DNA from: Octopus sinensis
Lineage: Eukaryota
Direction of reading: 5' to 3'
DNA length: 64,000 nucleotides
NCBI RefSeq assembly: GCF_006345805.1
Contig: NC_043005.1
Location: forward strand, 97,836,001 to 97,900,000
Made by a program: the position numbers and the translations under genes. Each line of letters begins with the position of its first letter. Positions within the stretch are counted from its first letter, which is position 1. Shown in pieces: positions 36,846 to 49,657 of the stretch. A model generated the notes under the pieces. The model was not told where the DNA came from, did not search any database, and saw only the letters and a list, made by a program, of their open reading frames with translations.

Positions 36846-37255
36846 GTGTGTTGTGGTGTGTGTGTGTGTGTGTGTGTGCTTGTATATCTGTATATATTTG
36901 CATTTATATATATATATATATGTATATGTAAAAAATACAAACTGGGACAAGAACGCAAAGCATTTAGAAGACGATACAAAAAACACGGACAGGACATTCG
37001 AAGCCTTCAGTCAAGAACTGGATCATCCTTGCAATTTCGGCTGATTAATCTTGAGATCGCTCCGATACGGCCAGCCCCAAGGAAAAACTAAGCTACGAGC
37101 ATTAGATTTCTTGGAAAAAGGATCGAATGTATACGAAACAAGGACAGAAAAATGGACAATGCCACACGAGTATAAATACAAAAAACAATAATAGTAATAA
37201 CAGGACATATATATATATATATCAAAAATCAAATGGAAATTGTAGTTTTGATACC

Positions 37256-37556
37256 TGTACTGGTGGCACGTAAAAAGCACTACCTTAACTGGCTTCTGTG
37301 CCGGTGGCACGTAAAAAGCACCAACCAATTGTGGCCACTGCCAGCCTCCCCTGGCCCCTGTGCTGGTGGCACGTAAAAAGCACCCACTATACTCACGGAG
37401 TGGTTGATATTAGGAAGGGCATCCAGCTGTAGAAACTCTGCCAGATTAAGATTGGAGCCTGGTGCAGCCTCCTGGCTTCCCAGAGCCTGGTCGAACCGTC
37501 CAACCCATGCTAGCATGGAAAACGGACGTTAAATGATGATGATGATGATGATGATT
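37256..37556 (+). mobile_element. RTE 3' UTR (family A), three unit repeats plus (ATG)n tail
   Basis: ggtggcacgtaaaaagcac occurs three times; terminal ccatgctagcatggaaaacggacgttaaa. Confidence 0.9.
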
Positions 37557-37766
37557 ATATCTTTTAAATTTGTCTATGGGACATGTTTTGAATATGCAAA
37601 TAAAGCTCCTATTCTATTATGCTGACCACAGTCTAATGATGCTGACTGGTGAACCAGTTGTACATCCATTAAGGCTGTACATCTATTAATGACATATCAC
37701 CTGAAGAAATGAAACCACGAAGAGGATCAACCTGATGCCCACGGATATTATGGACTGCTCTGTAAT

Positions 37767-38157
37767 CAACAGCAAACAACGTGAAATAAGGAAACAAATG
37801 AGTTCAATACACAAACAACGAGAGAAACAAATGGAAAACAGGACAAGTAACATCAGTTGTCAACTGTCTGTCTGCTCCTCATTTTGAGCATTGAACGACA
37901 ATATGGGTTTTCGAAGACAGTTGCTCCCATAAGTAGCAGAATAAAATTTGGGTCAAAGTTGGGATCAAAAACAGGACAGTTGAGACATACAAGGAAACCG
38001 AATGAAAACAAACATAGAGGGTCGTGTGAGGAGTAGACAGACAACTGACAACTGATGAAGGGTCGTTCCTTATGCTACTTATCCTGTCTTCCATTTATTT
38101 CTCTCGTTGTTTGTGTATTAAACTCATTTGTTTTGTATTTCATGTTGTTTACTGTTG
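37767..38157. mobile_element. Fold-back non-autonomous element with about 100-120 bp inverted arms
   Basis: caacagcaaacaacgtgaaat..aaatgagttcaatacacaaacaacgagagaaac is the reverse complement of the 38070-38157 arm. Confidence 0.75.
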
Positions 38158-38280
38158 GTGATGTCCTTTACCGATATATATATATAGATTGATATATATA
38201 TATATATATGTATAGATTGATAGATAGATAGATAGATAGATGTGTGTGTATAAGTATATATGGAAATGTATATGTATGTA

Positions 38281-38311
<31 letters not shown>

Positions 38312-38327
38312 GAATATATATATATTC

Positions 38328-38381
<54 letters not shown>

Positions 38382-38598
38382 GTGTGTATATATATATATG
38401 TGTGTGTGTGTATATATATAATTGTTATTATTATTATTATCATCATTATTATTATTATTATTATTGTTGTTGTTGTTGTTGTTATTATTGTTATTATTAT
38501 TAAGGTGGTAAGCTGGGAGATTTATTAGTTCACTGTCTTTACATTCTGAGTTCAAATTCTGTTGAGAATAACTTTGCCTTTCAGGCTTGATAAATTAG

Positions 38599-38653
<55 letters not shown>

Positions 38654-39238
38654 CTTATCCATAGATTTATGTTTCTTTTCTTTTTCTTCTTCCTCTCCTT
38701 GATGTTTTTTTCTTTTTCTATCCTGATGCATTTAAACTGCTAAAAGTTTTCTGATTAACATAATCCTTGGTGATTTTTGTAAACACTGGTTGTATATGAA
38801 TTTGATTTTAATTAACTTAATTTAAATTAAATTCGTTATGTATTACTATTATGTAATTATACATCTGGTGGTCTTTATCTTAATGTAACAGCTGCTGACC
38901 ACAATTAAAGTATGAACAATATGTAACGTTTATGCTTTTCTGGTTTTATGCTAAACATGTTGCTCTTGAAGATCTTTCTTAGCTGATTATGAATATATAC
39001 ACAAGTTGAGCTCTTAATTACAGTGAGCTTATTCTTTGATGTTTATACATCATCTCTCTATATGGATATACATCTATACAAACATACCTATATACATACA
39101 TACGTATGTACGTACATACATATATGTATACATATATATACGTATACATTGATGATGATGATATATATAATCATCAGGCACTGTCCACATGGTATAATAT
39201 ATATATATACATATATATTTGCGTGCAGGAGAGAAGAT

Positions 39239-39755
39239 TGCGTTGGTATTGTCATGTACTATAAATGGATGAGGAGAGATGTGTGAAGAAGTGCCACTCC
39301 CAAACTGTTGAAGGACTCCGGGGTAGAGGTAGACCCAGGAAGACATGGGACAAGGTGGTCAAGCATGACCTTCGTACTCTGAGTCTCACAGAGGCTATGA
39401 CAAAAGACCGAGACCTCTGGAGATATGCTGTGACTTCGAAGATCCGACAAATGAAGTGAACTCATGGCTCGCAGGATGGTCTGCTGTGCTAACCTTGGAT
39501 TGTAGAGTAATCCGTAAAAGCACCAACTGATCATGGCCGTTTGCCAGCCTGCTCTGGCTTCTGTGCCGATGGCATGTAAAAAACACCTACCACACTAATG
39601 GAGTGGTTGGTGTTAGGAAGGGCATCCAGCTGTAGAAACACGGCCAGATCAGACTAGAGCCTGGTGCAGTCTCCATGGCTTCCAGATCCCAGTCGAATTG
39701 TCCAACCTGTGCTAGCATGGAAAATGGACGTTAAACGATGATGATGATGATGATA
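39239..39755 (+). mobile_element. RTE 3' end: ORF C-terminus joined directly to the family A UTR
   Basis: GRGRPRKTWDKVVKHDLRTL..RDLWRYAV followed by the family A terminus; shows family A is the 3' UTR of this LINE. Confidence 0.9.
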
Positions 39756-41123
39756 TTTATATATCAAAACAAAGAGGAATAAGGGGTTAGTAATCCAGTC
39801 AAAATACTTCTTAAGCTCTTCATAGATGAAGATACATTAGTCTGCAACTTCAAGAAGAATATTTCAAGAAGAATATTGATCACATCAATTTCACTTGTCT
39901 CACATGATCTGTGAAGGCCATTAGCACAACCATTTCTTGATTAAATCATAAAAAGAAAAGGGGGAAAAAATCATAAGTCAGTGTAGAGAAATGCATGAAT
40001 ATCATTATTTCAAACGAATATAATATAATTAGTAGACATGATTGGTTATAATAAAGCCAAAGAGTTGAGTAGATTTTTACAATTCAGTGAGATAAAGGAA
40101 AATTATTAATGCCGTAGTTAAGTACGCGACGATAAATTACAGAGGAAAGAAGGCCTGAAAATGTATCATGTCTGTGTTTTTCAAGAGATTTGGTTATTTA
40201 AGTGAAATGAAATGATGTGAAGCCAAGTCAAGTGAAAGGAATTTTAGAAATATAAAACTGTGTGACTGACTTTTAACATTCTTGGATCTGGCCTCTCTGG
40301 TTTAGCTGTAATTGCCAGTAAGCATCTTGAGTTTTGTGATAGGCACATGTGATCCATGCATGCTGCAAGACACAATTGGAAAGGTTGGTATCAAAAAGGG
40401 CATCTGGCAGCAAAAAAAATCTTTGGGCTAAAAGTCACATCCAACTCATGCCAGCATGGAAAAGCAAATATAAAAAATGATGTTGTTGTTGTTGTTTATG
40501 ATGATGATGATGATGATGATGATGAAATAAACTATTGATTCCTCCTATAAATAAATTGTCTAAATGTCTACAAAGATATTGATTTCTCAACATTGGTACA
40601 AGACTAGAAATTTGTTTTGTGAAGAAGAAGAAGGGGAGGGGTATGGCCATTCGAATTAGCTTTGGCTTCCTCGTCTTGAGTACATTTCTGGTGCCCAGTT
40701 TTACTGAAACTCGAGGAAGGAAAGACAAAGTTGTCCTTGTTGAGATTTAAATTTAGAAGGCAGATGGATGGAACTCAGCACTAAAAGCTTGCTGCTACAC
40801 AGTCTGTTTTCTCTCCCTTACTGCTCAGCTAGGGGAATGGTAAGGCATGAGGTTTAGTAGTTGAGGGGTTTTTAGATTGAGCAGTGTACTGTGTCCTTGG
40901 GCGAGGTACTTCACTTCATGTCGTCCCTGTCCACTCTGCCAGGAATGTTTATCAGCTGTAGCTGAGCGTTAACCTTCTGAGAGACTAGCATCTCATTCAG
41001 TGGTGAGAGGCAGGGTTGATTCTTGTTCTCTTGAAAATCCAGATAAATTCTGATGTTATGAGCCAGTTAGCTTCAAGAAGGCATTAATCATAGAATGTAA
41101 TCATAAACTTTTTACAGATCATA

Positions 41124-41540
41124 GGCACAGGCATGGCTGTGTGATAAGAAACTTGCTTCATAACCACATGGTTCTGGGTTCAGTCCCACTGTGTGGCACC
41201 TTGGGCAATTGTCTTCTATTATATATTTGGGTTGACCAAAGCCTTGTGAGTGGATTTGTTAGAGGGAAACTGGAAGAAGCCCATTGTATATATGTGTGAA
41301 TGTGTGTGTGTGTGTGTGTGTCTGTGTTTGTCCCCAACTGCCACTTGACAACCAGTATTGGTGTGTTTACATCCCCATAACTTAGTGGTTCGAGAAAAGT
41401 GACCAATAGATTAAGTACCAGTCTTAGCAAAAAAATTAAATATTGAGATCAATAAAAATTCAAATAAAAATTCTGCAAGTTGGTGCCAGCTCCAGCATGG
41501 CCGCAGTCTAATAACTGAAACAAGTAAAAGATAAAAGAGA
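41124..41540 (+). mobile_element. SINE family B, full length
   Basis: Head, central ggatttgttagagggaaactg, internal (TG)n, 3' gctccagcatggccgcagtc..gaaacaagtaaaag. Confidence 0.85.
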
Positions 41541-41796
41541 CCTAAGACTGGTTGGCCACCTCTAGGTTCAGTCCTTATTGTGGTTAGGTGACTTATGTAC
41601 CTCAGTGACTGAGAGTTATGCCCCTTAGAGTACAAGATCTTGGTAGGGCCTTCCAAGATGGACAGGTCAAAAGATAGGGGTCAGACTAATATATATATAT
41701 ACATATGTTTATATATATATATAAATATATATACGTTTAAATATTTGTTGTGCAAGATTTTTTATGTGAAGTCGTGTGTTGAAACAGATATTGTTA

Positions 41797-42060
41797 TATT
41801 GTTATATTTCGGAATGGTCATATTGCCAGTTTAGCCAATACAAAATGGCTGACGGTTAGTAAGGAGAGACACAAGTAAGTGAGAAGAAAACAAAGGACCA
41901 CTGATGCGGTCACAGGAGTGTGACGAAAGAACTTTGGCCGAAATAAGATTAAGATTAATGTAAAAAATAAATATCACTGAAGCAAAATAACACCAAATAT
42001 ATAGTGCGTGTGTTTTTATTGGCTAAACTGGCAATATGACCATTCCGAAATATAACAATA
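41797..42060. mobile_element. 264-bp element with perfect 44-bp inverted repeats and an internal hammerhead-like core
   Basis: tattgttatatttcggaatggtcatattgccagtttagccaata (41797-41840) is the exact reverse complement of 42017-42060. Confidence 0.8.
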
Positions 42061-42094
42061 AATATATATATATATACATATATATATGTGTATT

Positions 42095-42127
<33 letters not shown>

Positions 42128-42145
42128 TATATATATATTATATAT

Positions 42146-42244
<99 letters not shown>

Positions 42245-42268
42245 TATATATATATATATATATATATA

Positions 42269-42305
<37 letters not shown>
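42061..42305. repeat. (TA)n microsatellite
   Basis: Directly visible. Confidence 0.95.
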
Positions 42306-42308
<3 letters not shown>

Positions 42309-42310
42309 TA

Positions 42311-42476
42311 GGTGCAGGAGTGGCTGTGTTGTAAGTAGCTTGCTTACTGACCACATGGTCTTGGGTTCAATCCCACTTAGTGGCACCTTGAGCATGTGTC
42401 TTCTACTATGGCCTAGGGCTGACCAAAGCTTTGTGAGTGGATTTGGTAGACAGAAACTGAAAGAAGCCCATCGTAT
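42311..42476 (+). mobile_element. SINE family B, 5' half
   Basis: ggtgcaggagtggctgtgttgtaagtagcttgc..gaaactgaaagaagccc. Confidence 0.85.
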
Positions 42477-42739
42477 ATAATATATATATATGTATATATG
42501 TATACATGTATATGTATGTATATGGCAAAAGAAAGATGAAATTTATTTTGAGGCAGATTTTCAACAACCAGATGCCCTTCCTGTTGTCAACCCTCACCTG
42601 TTTCCAAGCAAGGTAACATTTCCCCATAACCAGACATGTTTTTGGAGAACATTAGAAATGCATGACACTACTTGTATGACAATGATTGTATCAATTTACA
42701 ACTACACATGATGACAATACAAAGCTACAAAACCTCACA

Positions 42740-43135
42740 TGCACACGCATGCACACTCACACACACACACACACACACACATACACATGCATGAACACAC
42801 ACACACACATACACATGCACACCTACACACACACATACTCTCACTCTCTCTCTCACACACACACACACTCACTCTCTCTCACTCTGTCTCACACACACAA
42901 ACACACACACACACACACCATCTCTCCCTGTGTCTCTCTCTGTCTCTCTCTCACACACACACACATACACACGCATGCACACCCACACATACACACACAT
43001 CTACACACACACATACACACACATCTACACACACACATACTTTTACTCTCTGTCTCTCTCTGTGTCTCGCTCTGTCTCTCTCTCACACACACGCACGCAC
43101 ACGCACACACACACACACGCGCGCACACATACATA
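42740..43135. repeat. Compound (CA)/(CT) microsatellite
   Basis: Directly visible. Confidence 0.9.
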
Positions 43136-43419
43136 ATGAGCTTTGTTTAGTTTCCACCTACGAAATCCCCTCACATGGCTTCAGTTGGCCTGGAGCTATG
43201 TCAGAAGACTCTTGCTCGAGGCGCCATGCAGCAGGACTGAACTAAAACCCTGTAGCTGGGAAGTAAACCTCTTAACCAGTTCTAATGTATTTAGCTGATA
43301 TCTCAAGATGCTATTCAACAAGATTCCTTAACTTTATGGAAACTTGAATGTCTCATGAACTTCTTCATCTTCTTGAATAATTTTCTTCTCAGTCTTGTAG
43401 GTTACTCTTTACTCTTTTA

Positions 43420-43645
43420 CTCTTTTACTCTTTTGCTTGTTTCAGTCATTTATTTGACTGTGACCATGCTGGAGCACCACCTTTAGTCGATCAAGCAAAT
43501 CGCCCCCAGGACTTATTCTAGTATTTATTCTATTGGTCTCTTTTGTCGAACCGCTAAGTTACAGGGACATAACCACACCAGCATCAGTTGTCAAGCAATG
43601 TTGGGGGGACAAACACAGACACACAAACATATACACACACATACA
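43420..43645 (-). mobile_element. SINE family B, 3' half
   Basis: gtttcagtcatt..tgaccatgctggagcacc..gaaccgctaagttac. Confidence 0.8.
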
Positions 43646-43651
43646 TACATA

Positions 43652-43832
43652 CCACGTAAAAAGCACCCACTACACTCACGGAGTGGTTGGCATTCGGAAG
43701 GGCATCCAGCCGTAGAAACATTGCCAGATCAGACTGGGCCTGGTACAGCCTTCTGGCTTCCCAGACCCTAGTTGAACCGTCCAACCCATACTAGCATGGA
43801 AAGCAGACGCTAAATGATGATGATGATGATGA

Positions 43833-43835
<3 letters not shown>
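43652..43835 (+). mobile_element. RTE 3' end (family A)
   Basis: Family A terminus with an (ATG)n tail running into (TA)n. Confidence 0.85.
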
Positions 43836-43881
<46 letters not shown>

Positions 43882-44099
43882 ATATATATATATGTATATA
43901 TATATATATGATTAAACTACAGATCCTGCTGTAGGAATTTGTTGCTCTATAACTCACGTGGATGGACAGGGGAGATGCAAAGTCTCATTCGTACATTTTG
44001 AATTCGTTAGTACTGGTGGTCGAAGGTGGTTTGTCTGAGGTTACTCAAATCAGACAGGTATGTTCGATTTTTAGTGCTCTCAAATTTAAATTTAACGAA

Positions 44100-44242
44100 A
44101 TCTTGGGCTGATGACGCTCGAAATGTTAAACCTTCCTTCTTTCCTTCCTTCCTGAGCGTCTAATAATACTATATTTGTTCCACGTCCTCGCGTTGTTGTG
44201 TTTTCTCTTTGTGTTTTCATGTTTGGATTAACTTTATACTAC

Positions 44243-44245
<3 letters not shown>
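44100..44245 (+). mobile_element. Penelope-like pseudo-LTR fragment
   Basis: ctgatgacgctcgaaatgttaaacc, then sequence homologous to 15060-15165. Confidence 0.5.
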
Positions 44246-44293
<48 letters not shown>

Positions 44294-44295
<2 letters not shown>

Positions 44296-45531
44296 AAATA
44301 AGAAAATGGAGAAATACATCCAAATCAAATATCAACTACCAGATAATACCCAATCACATACTTTATTAAACCACCTCATAAGAAACTTTAAGGTCAAACA
44401 TAATAATATATGACAAAACAGTGTACATAAAGAAGTAATATAGTACAATAAGTACAATATGTATAAGAGAATGCGGATGTACGTGTGTGTGCGTGTGTGT
44501 ATAAATGTCGGCACAGACAACTATACCTGGTCGAAGTGCGTTGTTATCACGGGATGCATGATTGAGGTGACACCGTGTATTTCGTGAGCGGGTTGTCTTG
44601 TCGCTGGAACTTCTATGTCGTTGCATTTCTGCTGGGCTGGCGCAGGCATGGGAGGATTGTGCCAACATTTGTGCACACACCCACCCACACGCGCATGCAT
44701 CCGCACGTGTCCATAGATGTTTGTGCACTCTCATGCACTGTGTCTGCAAACGTTCGCATATGCATGTATGCATATTTGGGTGTGTGTCTGCATGCTCATA
44801 TGTGTGGGAGGGACATGCACATGTGTGTCCACCCATGGGTGTACTTGTGCATGCGGGGACATACATGCACATACGTATACATGTGGACACGTCGAAACGT
44901 GTCCACATGTATTTGCTGGATTGCAAGGTGTGTGTCTGCCCATCGGGGGATGTATGGATGGGCCAGCACATGCGTGGGAGAACTGTGCCAACATTTGTGC
45001 ACGCACGCACACACACACGCACGCGCATCCACATGTATCCGTAGGCATTTGTGCACTCTCGTGCACTGTGTCTGCGGGCATTCGCATATACATATGCATG
45101 TTTGGGTATGTATCTGCGTACTCATACGTGTAGGAGGGGCATATACATGTGTGTCCACCCATGGGTGTGCGTATACATACAGGGGCATGCATGCACATAC
45201 ATATACATATGAGCACATTTCGTCATATCCACATGTATTTGCTGGATTACAAAGTGTACGCCAGCCCATCAAGGGACGTATGAGTGGGCCAGCACAGGTG
45301 TGGGACAGCTGTGCCGACATTTATACACACACGCACACACACACACATCCGCATTCTCTTATACATATTGTACTTATTGTACCATATTGCTTCTTTATGT
45401 ACACTGTTTTGTTCTATATTATTATGTTTGACCTTAAAGTTTCTTATGAGGTGGTTTAATAAAGTATGTGGTTGGGTATTATCTGGTAGTTGATATTTGA
45501 TTTGGATGTATTTCTCCATTTTCTTATTTTG
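44294..45531. mobile_element. 1.24-kb non-autonomous DNA transposon with 223-bp TIRs and two internal ~325-bp tandem units
   Basis: TA-caaaataagaaaatgg (44294) ... ccattttcttattttg-TA (45531); TIRs at 44294-44516 and 45309-45531; units start near 44660 and 44983. Confidence 0.85.
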
Positions 45532-45706
45532 TATTATGAATTTGTGGTAAAACACTTTACCTTTGCCCATATAGTACAGTAAATGAATTAATTGCATCGC
45601 AATTCTTAACATTTATGTATTAACTTTGTTGGGTACTTCACTGGCAGTATATTGGATATATGTTATCCCACGGAGGGTTGCATTTACAACCCCTATCTCA
45701 ATTTGC

Positions 45707-45800
<94 letters not shown>

Positions 45801-45811
45801 CATACATATAC

Positions 45812-45966
45812 AATGGGATTCTTTCAGTTCCCATTACCAAATCCACTCACAAGGCTTTGGTTGGCCCAAGGCTATAGTAGAAGACACTTTCCCAAGGTGC
45901 CACACAGTGGGACTGGACTTTGAACCATGTGGTTCGTAAGCAAGCTACTTACCACACAGCCACTCA
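45812..45966 (-). mobile_element. SINE family B, 5' half
   Basis: Reverse complement of the B head. Confidence 0.8.
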
Positions 45967-46619
45967 CTTTAGGTTGGCCTCATTAAGGACAAAAATCACA
46001 CCAGCAAATGTTCTGTCTTAAAAAATGACAAAAATAAATCCAATCCAATTAAATTTCTTAATTTAGATTTTGGTGGCCGTTAGTTCTAAAACATTTCTTC
46101 AGCTGTGGCATTGCTTGATGGTACACTGCAAACGGTCAATGCACATTCTGACAAATATGGCAATGCAAGTTCATCTGTTGCTGTTTCTGAAATTACCAAC
46201 TGATCAACAAAACTGAAAGGAGAGCTGCAAAAGATTGTTTGAATATGATTTAACCATTTAGAGAAAATGTTTTAATCTTTTGAAGGGTTTCTATATTTCT
46301 AGGTCACACAGTTCAAAAGTTCATTACATATCCATCTCAAAACACTTAGACCTGGTTTTTGCTTATAGCATTTTCTTGGGAAATTTATCTTCATGAAATT
46401 TTACTGGTCATAAAGTTAGAAAATGTTTATTTTAAGTGTATTTTTCTTCATAAGGAAAGAACTGTGATTTAATATCTAAATTCATTTCAGGATTCACATA
46501 CTGAAAATATGAAATTCCTGTAAATGTAGACAATGCAAAACAGCATAATCAATTTGAGATATTACTGTGACACACAATTACTTTTAGTGAAAAAGTAATT
46601 AACTTTTTCTAAGTTCCCT

Positions 46620-46833
46620 CAATCCTTTAGCATATAAATTGGCCATATCTGGCCCAAATATTCTACCTGTCTTATATTTAAGCCAGTCAGATCTGGCCCT
46701 TTACACCTATCCAACAAAGTCATTCTAAAAAAAGAAAAAAAGAAAAAACAATCACATCATTGAGATCTTGAAGCTACAAGGTAATGCATGATCCATTCAA
46801 ACCAATCTGAGTAATCTGAATGCTAAAGGGTTA
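46620..46833. mobile_element. piggyBac-type MITE (degenerate)
   Basis: caatcctttagcat ... atgctaaagggtta, a decayed TTAACCCTTTAGCAT/ATGCTAAAGGGTTAA pair. Confidence 0.65.
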
Positions 46834-47074
46834 TCTCAAGCCTTATGGATGTCTTATAAATAAAGTCCATATGTTGCGCTGAGTACATGTCATGTAATTC
46901 CTTTGTATAATACTTGTCCCAGCCGGAAGATACCATTTAGAAGAAGTAGTGTTAATGTTTCCCAATGGCTAAGAACCCCTTTCATTCCATCACTTCTCAC
47001 TAATTATTTTGTGGCAGAAAGAGGAACCATTTTTACTGGTTCCTCACCATGGTTGATTAATTTATATAAGACCC

Positions 47075-47405
47075 ATGGCTCAGTGGTCTGAGTGTTGAGC
47101 TTAGTCATGAGGTAGTGAGTTCGATTCCTGGACTAGCTATGTGTTATGTTCTTGAGCAAGATACTTCACTTTTTTGTTGCCCCAGTTCACTCGCCTGTAG
47201 AAATGAGTTGCAACATCACTGGTGCCAAGCTGTATCAGCTTTTGCCTTTTCTGTGGATAACATTGGTAGTGTGAAGAGGAGAGGCTGGTATGCAGGGGCA
47301 ACAGCCAGTCTTCCATAAACAACCTTGCCTGGACTTGTGCCTCAGAGGGGAACTTTCTAGGTACAATCCCATGGTCATTCATGACTGAAGAGAGTCTTTA
47401 CTCTC
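47075..47405 (+). mobile_element. tRNA-derived SINE
   Basis: tggctcagtgg (A box), gagttcgattcc (B box), ttcttgagcaagatacttca core. Confidence 0.75.
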
Positions 47406-47507
47406 TACCCTAAGTTGTAGACAGGACTTCTCTTATAGTTCAAGACTAATCAAAGCCTCAAAGCCTTGTGTGTGGAATTCATAGATGGAAACTAAAGGCA
47501 GTTTGTT

Positions 47508-47545
<38 letters not shown>

Positions 47546-47679
47546 GTAGACAAGTTAGATGCATATATGATGACAGAGCTACGATGAATTATGAATATTA
47601 CTCTCTTTTACAAGATCAGGTATAAAGAGATGGTATACTGGTCTACCTCCTCTGATATAAACCCCCATTGATAGAAATT

Positions 47680-47885
47680 TATGTTGGTTGGGGTCACGTA
47701 CACAAGATGGACATCAACAGACTCCCTAGACAAATCCTTTACTTCTAACTATGCAAGGGAGAAAGAAACCACAGAAGACCTAGACTGAGATTCAAGGATG
47801 CTACAAAAAGGAATATGAAATGGAAAGGAATTGGTCAGAATAATTGGCAAACTCAAGTGAAAAACTGACCAGCGTGGAGAAAGCT
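47680..47885 (+). mobile_element. RTE (BovB-like) C-terminal fragment
   Basis: GHVHKMDINRLPRQILY..GERNHRRPRLRFKD..W. Confidence 0.7.
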
Positions 47886-47940
47886 TATCTAGTCGTACCA
47901 AAGCCAGAAACAGTCATAGTTGCTGTGACTGACTGCAGAT

Positions 47941-48085
<145 letters not shown>

Positions 48086-48150
48086 GTCTGTCTGTGTGTT
48101 TATACATATGTATATTTTTGAGTAGATAAAGGACTGTTTTTGAATATATT

Positions 48151-48320
48151 ACACTCTTGGAGTGGTTGGCGTTAGGAAGGGCATCCAGCTGTAGAAACTT
48201 TGCCAGATCAGATTGGAGCCTGGTGCAGCTGCTGGCTCTCCAGATGTCAGTCAAAACCGTCCAACCCATGCCAGCATGGAAAACGGACGTTAAATGAAGA
48301 TGATGATGATGATGATGATT
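48151..48320 (+). mobile_element. RTE 3' end (family A)
   Basis: ggcgttaggaagggcatccagctgtagaaac..ccatgccagcatggaaaacggacgttaaa plus tail. Confidence 0.85.
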
Positions 48321-49074
48321 GATATCTATGTGTACGTAGGGGTGGGGAATGCCTCGTATTAGGTTTTTGTGTATACTCCTGTTCAGACAACACACAATGA
48401 TTGTAAAGTCATACCATTGCCATACAAGAATGGTTATTTGTTTCCATTCTAACAGTAAAAGAATACTACCTTATTTGCAAACAGGGTATTTGCTTGTACA
48501 ATTTCTGCCTCAAGGAATTTGACCCATGCAAACCTGGAAAAGTAGATATTCTTTTCTACTCAAGGCACAAGGCCCAAAATTTTTGGGGAGAGGGCTAGTT
48601 GATTAGATCAACCCCAGTATGCTAAGTAGAAGACATTTGCCCAAGGTGCCGAGCAGTGGGACCCCAGGATGGAAGGCAAAGTCAACCTTAGTGGAATTTG
48701 AACTCAGAATGTAAAGACAGGCGAAATACTGCTAAACATTTTGCCCAGTGTGCTAATGTTTCTGCCAGCTCACAGCCTTGGAAAAGTAGATATTAAGATA
48801 ATGATGATGATGATGAATTTTCATGTAGGATTTTCTTTTCAATGCGAATCTATGGAACCAATAGTAAGTTTCTTTTAACAGGTAGTCAATGACAGAAGTT
48901 AATTCGTCAGCAACATAGCAACATGGTGAATAGTGAGAGTACAAAATGCCTTTGATGTCAAGTTTGTATTATCTAATTTCATTACTGTGAAAGATAGAAT
49001 TATTAATGCTTCAAAGGTTGGAAGCTCCATCTGTTGCAACAAGGAAACAATTTTTAATGTTAATCCCCAAATCA

Positions 49075-49530
49075 AGGCAGCAAGCTCAGCTCGTAGGACT
49101 GTTAGTACACTGGGAAGAATTCTTAGGGGCATTTCATCTGTCTTTATGTTCTGAGTTCAAATCCTGCTAAGACTGACTTTATATTTCATTCTTTCAGGTT
49201 CGATAACATAAGTACCAGTTGAGTTCTGGGGGTTAAATAATCGAACTAACCCCTCCCCCAAAATTGCTGGCCTTGAGCCAAAAATTTGAAACCAGTATTA
49301 ATTCCTAAATCAAGGTGGTGAGCTAGCAGAACTGTTAGAACACTGGGCAGAATGCTTAATGTACTTCGTCCATTTTTATGTTTTGAGTTCAAATTCTGCT
49401 GAGATCAGCTTTGCCATTCATTCTTTTGGAGTTTAAAAAATAAGTACCCGTTGAAGACTGGAGTTGATGTAATCAACTTACGCCCCCCCCCCTGAAATTA
49501 CTGGCCTTGTGCCAAAATTTGAAATCAATA
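49075..49530 (+). mobile_element. Two adjacent SINE family C copies
   Basis: tgagttcaaat..gactttat/gctttgc..ttcattc..aagtacc motifs occur twice, each ending ggccttg.gccaaaa.ttgaaa. Confidence 0.7.
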
Positions 49531-49657
49531 TGAATTCTCAAATCATTCAGGAACATTTTTCATGACTTCAGTAGTTTTGCTTTTAACAGAAATCAACCCA
49601 AAAACTGTGATTCAATTCTATTTTGCTGCTTCTTATAATCTCTAGCACATACACATA

